Below, piece after piece: positions 8,284 through 17,072 of a stretch of DNA of 64,000 nucleotides. The notes beneath the pieces are model-generated. The model was not told the origin of the DNA. It was given only the letters and a program-made list of their open reading frames with translations, and searched no databases. Position numbers and translations under genes: made by a program. The stretch spans positions 8,709-72,708 of the forward strand of contig CAWIGT010000006.1 of the NCBI GenBank assembly GCA_963835845.1, written 5' to 3'. The first letter of the stretch is position 1. Each line of letters starts with the position of its first letter. The stretch comes from an uncultured Chloroflexia bacterium. GTDB taxonomy: Bacteria; Chloroflexota; Limnocylindria; Limnocylindrales; CSP1-4.

Positions 8284-9197
8284 TTGTAGATTCCGTAGTC
8301 GACGCTGCCGGATTGGGCCTCGCCCGACGGCCGCAGGCTCGCGATCCGCTCGGCACCGAGCTTCTCGACGTATTCCGCCCGGCCCGCGACGCCGTACACC
8401 CACTCGTCGAGCCACGCCTGCGTCGTGTCCGGCTCGCGGCTGATCGCGTCCCAGTCTCGATAAAAGTGGTTATCGCGATCGTACGAACCCTGGACGTACG
8501 ACGGGTGGGCGCCAAACGGCTCCACGACGACCGCATCCACGATCAAACCGGGTATGACGGTCCGGTTGGGGTCCGACCGGATCACGGTCTCGGGGCACAA
8601 CTCCTCAACCACGACGATGACTCGCTCCGCGGCAAAGGCAGCCTCTTTCTGGCACCCGAGCAGGCCCCACATTTGCGTGTCGCCTTCGGCGTCGGCGCGC
8701 TGGGCATGGACGACCGTCACGTCCGGCTTGAGCGGCGGCACCGCGTAGACCGTCTCTTCGCCGAATGGCGAGCGGATCGGCCGGATCAGCGGGTTTGCCT
8801 TCGGCAGGTCCGTCTCGAAGTACGAGCGCAGCGGGAAGAAGGGCATGTTCGAGGCGCCGGCCGTATACCTGCCGACCATGCCGAAGTGGCTGTATTCCTC
8901 CAATTCGAGAGGCGCCGGGTCGGCGTCTTCGACGCGGCGCCGGATGGCGTGTAGCCCGCCGACGCCGGGATTCCCGAGCCAGCTGAAGACGAGCTTTCGG
9001 GCCGTGCCCGCCGCGACCATCTGGTCGTAGATCAGGTCCGGCGTCAGGCGAGCAAGAGTCAGGTCCCGCTTCCGCTGGCGAATGATCTCGTGGCCCGCGG
9101 CGAAGCAGATGAGATGAGTGAAGCCCTCGATGGCGACGACGTCGCCGTCGTGGACGAGGGCAGCGACGGCGTCGCTCATCGACGCGACCTTACTCAT
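8280..9197 (-). CDS. CoA-transferase subunit A (glutaconate CoA-transferase GctA-like)
   Basis: The 305-aa ORF reads MSKVASMSDAVAALVHDGDVVAIEGFTHLICFAAGHEIIRQ...VHAQRADAEGDTQMWGLLGCQKEAAFAAERVIVVVEE. Confidence 0.85.
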   Translation of the reverse strand: MSKVASMSDAVAALVHDGDVVAIEGFTHLICFAAGHEIIRQRKRDLTLARLTPDLIYDQMVAAGTARKLVFSWLGNPGVGGLHAIRRRVEDADPAPLELEEYSHFGMVGRYTAGASNMPFFPLRSYFETDLPKANPLIRPIRSPFGEETVYAVPPLKPDVTVVHAQRADAEGDTQMWGLLGCQKEAAFAAERVIVVVEELCPETVIRSDPNRTVIPGLIVDAVVVEPFGAHPSYVQGSYDRDNHFYRDWDAISREPDTTQAWLDEWVYGVAGRAEYVEKLGAERIASLRPSGEAQSGSVDYGIYK

Positions 9198-9275
9198 CGG
9201 CGATCACCTGCCACTTATCTGCCGCTTGTCTGTCACTTATCGGCGACCGATCAGCGACCCGAACGCGCGGCGACT

Positions 9276-10580
9276 TCAGCCGGCCTTTGCCGCGACCTCG
9301 GCAACCGCTTCGCCGAAGATGCGCAGCCCGACGGCCGCTTCATCCGCCGTGAGAACCAGCGGCGGCGCCATGCGGATTACGGAGTGGCCGCATTCGAGGG
9401 TCAGAAGGCCGCGCTGGAAAGCGGCCCACTCGACCGCGGACGAGTGCTCGTGAGTATCGAACTCCACGCCGATCATCAGGCCGATTCCGCGCACGTCGCG
9501 GATCACCGACGGGAACCGCGCCTGCAACTCGCGCAAGCCGGCCAGCAACTCGTCGCCGCGAGCCGTGGCGTTGGCCATCAGCCCGCCTTCGAGCAGCCTG
9601 ATCGTCTCGAGCGAGGCGGCGCAGGCAATCGGGTTACCGCCGTACGTGGTGCCGTGGGCGCCGGGCCCCCACGTAGTCATGAGCGATTCGCGGGCGATGA
9701 AGGCGCTCAGCGGCATCCCGCTGGCGATGCCCTTGGCCGTAGCCACGATGTCCGGCTCCACGTCCCAGTTCTCGATGGACCACATCTTGCCCGTGCGGCC
9801 GGCCCCGGCCTGGACTTCGTCGGAGATCAACAGGATGCCGTGCTCGTCGCAGATGCGGCGCAGCCCCTGCATGAAGCCGTTCTCGGGAACGACGTAGCCA
9901 CCCTCGCCCTGGATCGGCTCGACGATGATCGCGGCCACTTCGCTGGCGGGCGCGAGGTGGTTGAACAGCACCTCGTCGAACCACTTGAGATCCTCGACGT
10001 GCCCGAAGGGGGCGTGGAAGATGCCCGGCAGCATCGGCCCGAACCCGGCGTGGTACTTGGCCTTGGACGCCGTCAGCGAGACCGAGCCGTAGGTTCGGCC
10101 GTGAAAGGCGCCTAGGAAGGCGACCAGATACGGTCGCCCGGTCGCAAAGCGGGCGAGCTTGATCGCTCCCTCGACGGCTTCGGTTCCGGAGTTGCTGAGG
10201 AATACCCGGCACTTCTCCTTCATCGGCGCGATGCGAGCCAGCTCGGCGCACGTCTCGGCATAGATGGGCAGGTAGAAGTCCGCGCTGTAGTGGATCAGTT
10301 TGCCGGCCTGGTCCTGGATCGCGGCTACCACGTCCGGATGGCAGTGGCCGGTGGACGTGACCGCGATGCCGGCGTTGAAGTCGAGCAGCAGATTGCCGTC
10401 GATGTCCTCGATGGTGCAGCCCTCGCCCCGTACAGGGACGACCGGGTAGGCCCGCGGGACGCTCGGCGACGTCCACTGGCTGTCGAATTCGAGGTGGGCG
10501 CGCGCCTTCGGGCCTGGCAGCTCGGTGACGAGATGGGGAACGGCGGAAGTCTGGACGAGCTTGCCGGGAGCCTGGGTCAC
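9276..10580 (-). CDS. Class-III PLP aminotransferase (4-aminobutyrate/5-aminovalerate aminotransferase-like)
   Basis: GNLLLDFNAGIAVTSTGHCHPDVVAAIQDQ, LSNSGTEAVEGAIKLAR, IVEPIQGEGGYVVP, LLISDEVQAGAGRTGKMW, TAKGIASGMPLSA. The probable start is the GTG at 10580. Confidence 0.88.
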   Translation of the reverse strand: MTQAPGKLVQTSAVPHLVTELPGPKARAHLEFDSQWTSPSVPRAYPVVPVRGEGCTIEDIDGNLLLDFNAGIAVTSTGHCHPDVVAAIQDQAGKLIHYSADFYLPIYAETCAELARIAPMKEKCRVFLSNSGTEAVEGAIKLARFATGRPYLVAFLGAFHGRTYGSVSLTASKAKYHAGFGPMLPGIFHAPFGHVEDLKWFDEVLFNHLAPASEVAAIIVEPIQGEGGYVVPENGFMQGLRRICDEHGILLISDEVQAGAGRTGKMWSIENWDVEPDIVATAKGIASGMPLSAFIARESLMTTWGPGAHGTTYGGNPIACAASLETIRLLEGGLMANATARGDELLAGLRELQARFPSVIRDVRGIGLMIGVEFDTHEHSSAVEWAAFQRGLLTLECGHSVIRMAPPLVLTADEAAVGLRIFGEAVAEVAAKAG

Positions 10581-10703
10581 GGTGCACCTCGACGGATTGG
10601 CGCCGCCCCTCAACGGGCGCAGCGGGCCACAGCAACGGATAGGGTTTATGCAGCCTGGATAGTCCACTCAGTATAGCGGAGAGACCACGGACCGGCGACC
10701 CGG

Positions 10704-11672
10704 CTACTTCCGGCCGAACAGCCGGCTTCGGACCGCCCCCAGGCGCGACTGCGGCCGGTCCCCCTTCCGGCTTGCCTCGTCGGCCGCTTCGAGCTCGGCG
10801 TTCTCACGGTCGGCGAGTTCGGAGTCCCAGTCACTCCAGGTGTCCAGGTCGAAGCGGGCGCCGACCAGCGGCACCGTCGGGCTTGCGTCCTCGGTCCAGA
10901 AGGCGATGAACGGGCCATCGACCACGAGGTCGCGCACCAGCCCGGCCGGTGCGGCAAGCGCTGCCGCCGCGGAGGGCATGCTGTCCTCCCGGCCGGTCCG
11001 GTCGATACGAATGTCGGCGACCTGGAGGGTCACCCCGATGGCCGTCGCGTCGCTGCTGAGTCCGCACAACCAGGGCAGGTCGTCGGTCGCGGCGAGACGT
11101 ACCTCCGGCATGGTCACACTCACGTAGCGCTGCCGCTCGGCCGACTTGCGTTCCACCAGCGTGGCCTGCAGCGACTCGAACAACTCGAACACGTCCGAGC
11201 CGCCGGGCAGCTGGCCGAGCAGGAGCCACACGGTGCCCTCGTCCATGACGCCGCGCGGCAAGGCCACGAGCGTTCGATCGGCCGCCAGAGCGTATCCCGT
11301 CGCGGTGTTCTCCAGCCGGAATCCCCGATGATCGCTGCCGCCGGCAAAGACCCGAACAGTCGTCCCGACCTGCGGCCAGCGGCTCTCCCGCCGGAGCGCG
11401 GACACCGCGCCGAATTCCGGCGGCGTCAGGGGCTTGAACCGGGACGCGAAACCACGGCCGGCCAGAAAGCGATTAAGTTCATCGGCGTCGCCGGTCGCGC
11501 AGCAATCGAGGCGCCGCAGCTTTCGGACGTCGGCAGAGATCCGGTTGCGCCATTCGAGCAGGCGAATCTGGTCCGGATTCTGCGGACGCCATTCCACCGG
11601 CGACCCCAGATGCCCGTCGATCTGGTCGAGCGCACCCAGGATGGTCGCCAGATCGAAGACCGCCGATGCCAT
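10704..11672 (-). CDS. Hypothetical protein of 322 aa. The C-terminal half shows a serpin-like sequence pattern (unverified).
   Basis: This is an intact ORF inside an operon-like context. I recognised no family with confidence. Confidence 0.6.
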   Translation of the reverse strand: MASAVFDLATILGALDQIDGHLGSPVEWRPQNPDQIRLLEWRNRISADVRKLRRLDCCATGDADELNRFLAGRGFASRFKPLTPPEFGAVSALRRESRWPQVGTTVRVFAGGSDHRGFRLENTATGYALAADRTLVALPRGVMDEGTVWLLLGQLPGGSDVFELFESLQATLVERKSAERQRYVSVTMPEVRLAATDDLPWLCGLSSDATAIGVTLQVADIRIDRTGREDSMPSAAAALAAPAGLVRDLVVDGPFIAFWTEDASPTVPLVGARFDLDTWSDWDSELADRENAELEAADEASRKGDRPQSRLGAVRSRLFGRK

Positions 11673-11800
11673 GAGGCCTCCTCGCGTGCCGCGATGATTG
11701 GAAGTATGGACCCCGGCCCCGGCGAACGCCTGCCATGCGGCAAAGCCGCGGACGGCCGACTCGGCCGCAGACCGGGATCAGTCGACGAAGGTGACCATCG

Positions 11801-13376
11801 TCAGTCGACGAAGGTTTGGGACTGCTCGCGCATGAATTGCTGCAGATAGTGCATGCCGCCGGAGGCCTTGCCCGTGGTTCCGGAGCCCTTCCAGCCGCCG
11901 AAGGGCTGGATGCCCGGCCAGGCTCCCGTCGTAGCACCCGCCCGGCGGTTGATGTAGATGACGCCCGCTTCGATCGCCTCTTCGAATCGATCGATCTCTT
12001 CGTGGTCGTCGCTGAAGAAGCCCGCGGTCAGGCCGTAGATCGTGTCATTGGCGCGTTCGATGGCCTCGTCGAGGGTGTCGAATGGGGCCACGGCAACGAG
12101 CGGCACGAACAATTCGTCACGCCAGATGCGATGGTCGGCCGGCAGGTCCGCCACGATCGTCGGCGCGGCGTATAGATCCGTGCCCTGGCCGGCCAGCAAC
12201 TCCCCGCCGATCACGACGCGGCCGTCTCGCCTGGCCTCGGCGATGGCTTCAACGTACTTGGCCTTCGCCTTGGCGTTGACGAGCGGGCCGAGCCATACCT
12301 TTCGATCCGTCGGGTCGCCGACGGTGATGCCCCGGGTCTTGGCGACCAGCGCTTCGAGGAACGCCTCGTACACGGGGCGCTGGACGAAGACCCGGCTGCA
12401 GGCCGAGCACTTCTGGCCGCCGTATCCGAAAGCAGAGCGCATCACGCCTTCGGCCGCCTCTTCGAGGTCTGCCCGAGCGCTGACGATGGCCGGGTTCTTG
12501 CCACCCATTTCGACCACGACCGGCTTTGGGAACTTCTTGCTGAAGGTCTTGAAAACGCCGTTGTAGCCGATCTCATAGGAACCAGTGAAAAGCAGCCCGT
12601 CGACGCCTTCGTTCTCCTGCAGCTCCGCGCCGACGGTGGCGCCGGGCCCGCTGACCATGTTGAAAACGCCATGCGGCAAGCCGGCCAGATCCGCGATCTC
12701 GGCCAGCTTCACGCCACAGAGCGGAGCATCGCTCGACGGCTTGTAGACGACGCTGTTGCCGGCGACGAGCGCGCCGCCCGACGGCCCGCCGGAGAGGGCC
12801 ATCGGGAAGTTGAAGGGGCTGATCACGGCCCAGACGCCATGCGGCTTGAGAACGGATCGGGTGTGGACGGTGGTGTCGCCCAGGTTGCCCATCGGGTGGT
12901 CGAAGCCATCGTTGGCCTGGAGTTGATCGCAGTAGTAGCGAATCAGGTCGGCCGAATTCCTCGACGTCGCCCAGCGACTCCAGCCGGTTCTTGCCGACTT
13001 CGATGGCCATGAGCGCGGCCAGCTCCATCTGTCGCTCGCTGATCAGATCCGCCATGCGGCGCATGATCGCGATCCGCTCCAGCCAGGGAGTCCTCGCCCA
13101 ACCCGGAGCCGCGGCGCGGGCGGCGGCCACGGCGTCCCGAACGTCATCACGCGTGCCTGCCGCGAACATGCCGACGAGCGAGCCGTCGATGGGCGAGCGC
13201 TTCTCGAAAGTCTCCTTGCCGGGACGCCACTGGCCGTCGATGAAGAGACCGTGCGTACCACCGAGCTCGGCGCGGGCCAGGGCCAGACCGGCGTCGTAGT
13301 TGGCGTGCAGCTGCTCGTTGTCGTTGCGCAACGTGGCGTAGGTGATCTTGAGCCGGGGCTCAGACGTCGCGGTCAT
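11801..13376 (-). CDS. NAD-dependent aldehyde dehydrogenase (1-pyrroline-5-carboxylate / glutamate-semialdehyde dehydrogenase-like) with a single apparent 1-nt insertion near 12955
   Basis: Track ORFs 12573..13376 and 11801..12892 are two frames of one protein. ...IEVGKNRLESLGDVEE continues in the other frame as SADLIRYYCDQLQANDGFDHPMGNLGDTT...VISPFNFPMALS...FTGSYEIG...EMGGKNPAIV...GYGGQKCSACSR. The span is 1576 nt (3n+1). Confidence 0.85.
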
Positions 13377-13712
13377 CCGAACACCCTCCTGGGGTTACAC
13401 CGTTGTTGGGGCCGCACCGCCCCGAGCCGCGCGCTCGTAGCTGGGCGCAGCCTCTGTTGGCCGTAGTCTACTGCGACGCCGGTCCGAGGCCGCAGTCCAG
13501 GAGTCCGGCCGAGGCCAGCCAAACGGCGCCGAGGTCGCGCGAGCAGGCCGGCCCGCCGACTCGGTCCTGCCAGATGTTCACCCTGGGGACGCAACGGGCG
13601 ATCCAGGTCGGCTTCGGACGTACTTCCCTGTCAAATGGCCACCAGGCCTGGATGGAATATGGAAGTTGGCCAAATCCAGACCCGCCAAGGGTGGACAAGG
13701 TCCACCGGGTGC

Positions 13713-13956
13713 ACGTCCGTCAGGTTACCGGGCGGTCCAAGTCGTCGGGCGGGGCCACGCGGTTACCGGGCGGGCCACGCGGTCAGCGGCGCGGGCCACG
13801 CGGTTACCAGGGCCGGCCACGTGGTCAGGGGCGTGGGCCACGTGATTACCGGGCGGGCCACGTGGTCAGGGCGCCGGCCACGTGGTCAGGGCGCCGGCCA
13901 CGTGGTCAGGGCGCCGGCCACGTGGTCAGGGGCGCGGGCCACATAGTCGGGCGGCG
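13713..13956. repeat. Tandem array of 20-21-bp units (about 10 clean and 2 degenerate copies) built around CCACGTGG
   Basis: Three identical units ggccacgtggtcagggcgcc lie at 13856, 13876 and 13896. They are flanked by variants (ggccacgcggttaccgggcg, ggccacgtgattaccgggcg and so on). Confidence 0.95.
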
Positions 13957-13978
13957 CTGGAGAAGGCCTCGACCCGCT

Positions 13979-14872
13979 CTACCCGACGAGCGCCGCCACG
14001 ATCTCGACGATGGACGGGGCAACGGCATCCGGAGCCCGGCCGCCGCGTTCCGCCGCGACGCGGGCCAGTTCGGCGTCGCCGTGCTTACCGGACCTGACGA
14101 AGACGCCGCGCAAGCCCGCCTTCTGGGCCCCGCGGATGTCATTCCAGAGGTCGTCGCCAACCATGGCGATGTCGCGTGGCTGAAGCTTCGCCACTCGGCC
14201 GTCACGAGACCCGAGCATCCGAATCGCCTCGCCGAAGAAGGTTCGCGACGGCTTGCCCGTGACCAGGGCACGCCGCTCCGTGGCGAACTCCAGCGCGGCG
14301 ACATACGCGCCGGAATCGACCGTGACCCCGGCCGGCGTCAGCCACCAGCGGTTCTTGTGCATGGCCACGAATTGGGCGCCGCCGCGTATCAGGCCGAACG
14401 CCGACTGGATGTTCCTGGGCGTGAACTCGTCCCCGGCATCGCCGACTATGACCGCGCCGGCAGTGGCAACGGGCTCGGCAGCCCGCTCGTGCGAGAGCAG
14501 CGGCAGCCCGTCGAACTCCACCAACGCGTCGGGCGCCACCATCACGTACAGCGGCGTGGCGGGTTGGAGGCGCCTCGCCCAGGCGGCCGCCGCCGAAACG
14601 GCACTGACGATCCGGTCCGGCGCCACCGACAACCCGCCCCGCGCAAGCCGGCCCGACAGAGTGGCGCGGCTCACCAGGGATACGTTTGTGCCGATCACAT
14701 ATGGAATCCCGCGAGCGTCGAGCGTCGCCAGGGCCTCGATGGCGCCGGGCAGGACCGCGTCCCTGAGCACCAGCACGCCGTCCAGGTCCAGGACCAGGCC
14801 ACGGACGCCAGCGAGCCGGTGGCGCAGGTGGGCGAGCTCGCCGGCGGTTCGGGAGGCGGTCGCGTCGTTCAT
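13979..14872 (-). CDS. HAD-superfamily hydrolase, subfamily IIA (NagD-like)
   Basis: LVLDLDGVLVL..., PYVIGTNVS, LVTGKPS, IAMVGDDLWNDIRGAQKAGLRGVFVRSG. The start MNDATASR is at 14872. Confidence 0.85.
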   Translation of the reverse strand: MNDATASRTAGELAHLRHRLAGVRGLVLDLDGVLVLRDAVLPGAIEALATLDARGIPYVIGTNVSLVSRATLSGRLARGGLSVAPDRIVSAVSAAAAWARRLQPATPLYVMVAPDALVEFDGLPLLSHERAAEPVATAGAVIVGDAGDEFTPRNIQSAFGLIRGGAQFVAMHKNRWWLTPAGVTVDSGAYVAALEFATERRALVTGKPSRTFFGEAIRMLGSRDGRVAKLQPRDIAMVGDDLWNDIRGAQKAGLRGVFVRSGKHGDAELARVAAERGGRAPDAVAPSIVEIVAALVG

Positions 14873-15091
14873 CCGCGGATCGTCGCACACTCGGGTGGGG
14901 GCGGGCCTGCCTCGAAGGACCGTTCTCCCCTGCCCGTCCGACGGCACGACGACCGCCACCCCCGGCAAGGTATAGTTCGCGCCGAACCGCGCCAGCGTCC
15001 CAGTGGTTCCGCGCCCTCCCGGAGGCGACCAACCCGGGCAAGCCATGACAGACATCCGCGCGGCCTCGCCGGGCGGTCTCCGGAGACTTGG

Positions 15092-15997
15092 ATGACCGAA
15101 TCCAGACCGATCCACAGCGTGGTCCTGGTCAAGCAGGTGCCCGACACCCACAACCTCACGGGCGAGGTGATGACCAAGGACGGCACCATGAACCGCGGTG
15201 CCCTGCCGGCCATCTTCAACCCGGAGGATCTGAACGCTCTCGAGATGGCGCTGGAGATCAAAGGGCGCTTCGGCGGCACCGTGACCGTCATCACCATGGG
15301 CCCGCCCAAGGCCGCGAACATCCTGCGGGAGTCGCTGTTCCGCGGCGCCGACAAGGTCGTGCTGCTGACGGACCGCAAGTTCGCCGGCGCGGACACGCTG
15401 GCCACGTCCAACGTCCTGCGGCTCGCCGTGGAGAAGGTCGGCCAGTACGACCTCGTGCTGTGCGGCCGCCAGGCCATCGACGGCGACACCGCCCAGGTCG
15501 GACCGCAGACGGCGGAGAAACTCGGCATTCCGCAGATCACCTACGCCGAGTCGGTCATCGACGTCGCGGATGGCAAGGTCACCGCCCAGCGAGCGCTCGA
15601 CACCGGCTCCGAGATCGTCCGCTGCATCATTCCGTGCCTGCTCACCGTGGTCGGCTCAGCCAACACGCCGCGCCCCGCCTCGGTTCGGCGCCAGATGCAG
15701 CGCAAGTTGTCGGCCGCACCGGGGGAATACGCGGCGCTGCGCAAGCAGTGGCCGGAATTCGAGACCGATGAGCAGCTCGACGCCTACCTCGTCAAGCACG
15801 ATCTCAAGATCCCCGTCTGGACGGCCGAGGACATCGGCGCCGCGGAGGGCAGCATCGGGCTGGCGGGCTCTCCCACACAGGTCCACAAGGTCAACTTCGT
15901 GGTCCTGGAGAGCGCCGAGAGCAAGACCATCTCGCCCACGCCCGAGGCAATCGCCGCGATGGTGGCCGAGCTCGTCCACGAATACATCGTCGGGTAG
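15092..15997 (+). CDS. etfB: Electron transfer flavoprotein beta subunit, FixA/bifurcating-type
   Basis: MTESRPIHSVVLVKQVPDTHNL..., LVLCGRQAIDGDTAQVGPQTAEKLGIPQITYA, GLAGSPTQVHKV. A GGAG lies upstream of the ATG at 15092. Confidence 0.92.
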   Translation: MTESRPIHSVVLVKQVPDTHNLTGEVMTKDGTMNRGALPAIFNPEDLNALEMALEIKGRFGGTVTVITMGPPKAANILRESLFRGADKVVLLTDRKFAGADTLATSNVLRLAVEKVGQYDLVLCGRQAIDGDTAQVGPQTAEKLGIPQITYAESVIDVADGKVTAQRALDTGSEIVRCIIPCLLTVVGSANTPRPASVRRQMQRKLSAAPGEYAALRKQWPEFETDEQLDAYLVKHDLKIPVWTAEDIGAAEGSIGLAGSPTQVHKVNFVVLESAESKTISPTPEAIAAMVAELVHEYIVG

Positions 15998-16004
15998 GCG
16001 CGAG

Positions 16005-17072
16005 ATGAGTGAGCAGAAGCAAATCTGGGTATTCATCGAGCACACTGACGGCGTCATCGCCGATGTCAGCCTGGAGCTGACCGGCAAGGCTCGCGAACTG
16101 GGCGACCGGCTGGGCCACGAAGTGGTCGGGCTGCTGTGCGGCCAGGGCGTCGACGATCTGGCGGAGCAGGTCATCCGCCACGGCGCGGATCGCGTGCTGC
16201 TGGCGGATCACGAACAGCTGGCGCTGTACCGCACGCTCCCCTACGCCAGAGTCGCGATCACCGAGGCGCGCAAGCATCTGCCCGAGATCTTCCTGATCGG
16301 CGGCACACCGAACGGCCGAGACTTCGCGCCGCGAGTCGCCAGCGCCCTGCGTTGCGGACTGACTGCCGACTGCACGGACCTCCAGATCGGCGACTACTAC
16401 GTGAAGAAGGAAGACAAGACCTACAAGGACTTGCTCTATCAGATCCGGCCCGCCTTCGGCGGCAACCTGATCGCCACGATCGTCAACCCGAACACGCGGC
16501 CCCAGATGGCCACGGTTCGAGAAGGCGTCATGCGCAAGCCGGCCGCCGACGCCGCCCGCCAGGGTGTCGTCGAGAAGGTCGTCCCGGTCTTCGAGCCGGG
16601 AGACTTCGCGCTGGAGATCCTGAGCCGCCAGGTTCGCAAGTCGACCGTCAAGCTCAAGGACGCTCCGGTCATCGTGGCCGGCGGCGCGGGCGTCGACGGG
16701 GCCGAGGAGTTCGCCCTGCTGCGAGACCTCGCCAACCTGCTCGGCGGCGAAGTCGGGGCGAGTCGCGCGGCCGTCGACGCGGGCTACATCGATCGAGCTC
16801 ATCAGGTCGGCCAGACCGGCACGACCGTTCGGCCGCGGCTCTACATCGCGGCCGGAATCTCCGGCGCCATCCAGCACCGGGCCGGCATGGACCAGTCGAG
16901 CAAGATCATCGCCATCAACACGGATCCCAACGCGCCAATGTTCCAGATCGCCCACTACCGCATCGTCGGCGACGTCGGCGAAGTGCTGCCAATGATCATC
17001 AAGACCTTGCGTGAGCGAGCTCTCGGCGAGCCTGAACCCGCCAAGCCGATGGACCAGCGAGATGCCGAATGA
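16005..17072 (+). CDS. etfA: Electron transfer flavoprotein alpha subunit
   Basis: MSEQKQIWVFIEHTDG..., VIVAGGAGV, GASRAAVDAGYIDRAHQVGQTGTTVRPRLYIAAGISGAIQHRAGMDQSSKIIAINTDPNAPMFQIAHY. Confidence 0.92.
   Translation: MSEQKQIWVFIEHTDGVIADVSLELTGKARELGDRLGHEVVGLLCGQGVDDLAEQVIRHGADRVLLADHEQLALYRTLPYARVAITEARKHLPEIFLIGGTPNGRDFAPRVASALRCGLTADCTDLQIGDYYVKKEDKTYKDLLYQIRPAFGGNLIATIVNPNTRPQMATVREGVMRKPAADAARQGVVEKVVPVFEPGDFALEILSRQVRKSTVKLKDAPVIVAGGAGVDGAEEFALLRDLANLLGGEVGASRAAVDAGYIDRAHQVGQTGTTVRPRLYIAAGISGAIQHRAGMDQSSKIIAINTDPNAPMFQIAHYRIVGDVGEVLPMIIKTLRERALGEPEPAKPMDQRDAE

Noticed and set aside
11778-11815. A 15-bp direct duplication of the last codons and stop of the aldehyde dehydrogenase (tcagtcgacgaaggt, two copies 8 nt apart)
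   Set aside because: The duplication is real, but it is too short to interpret. It is most simply a slippage footprint, with no ORF or structure attached.
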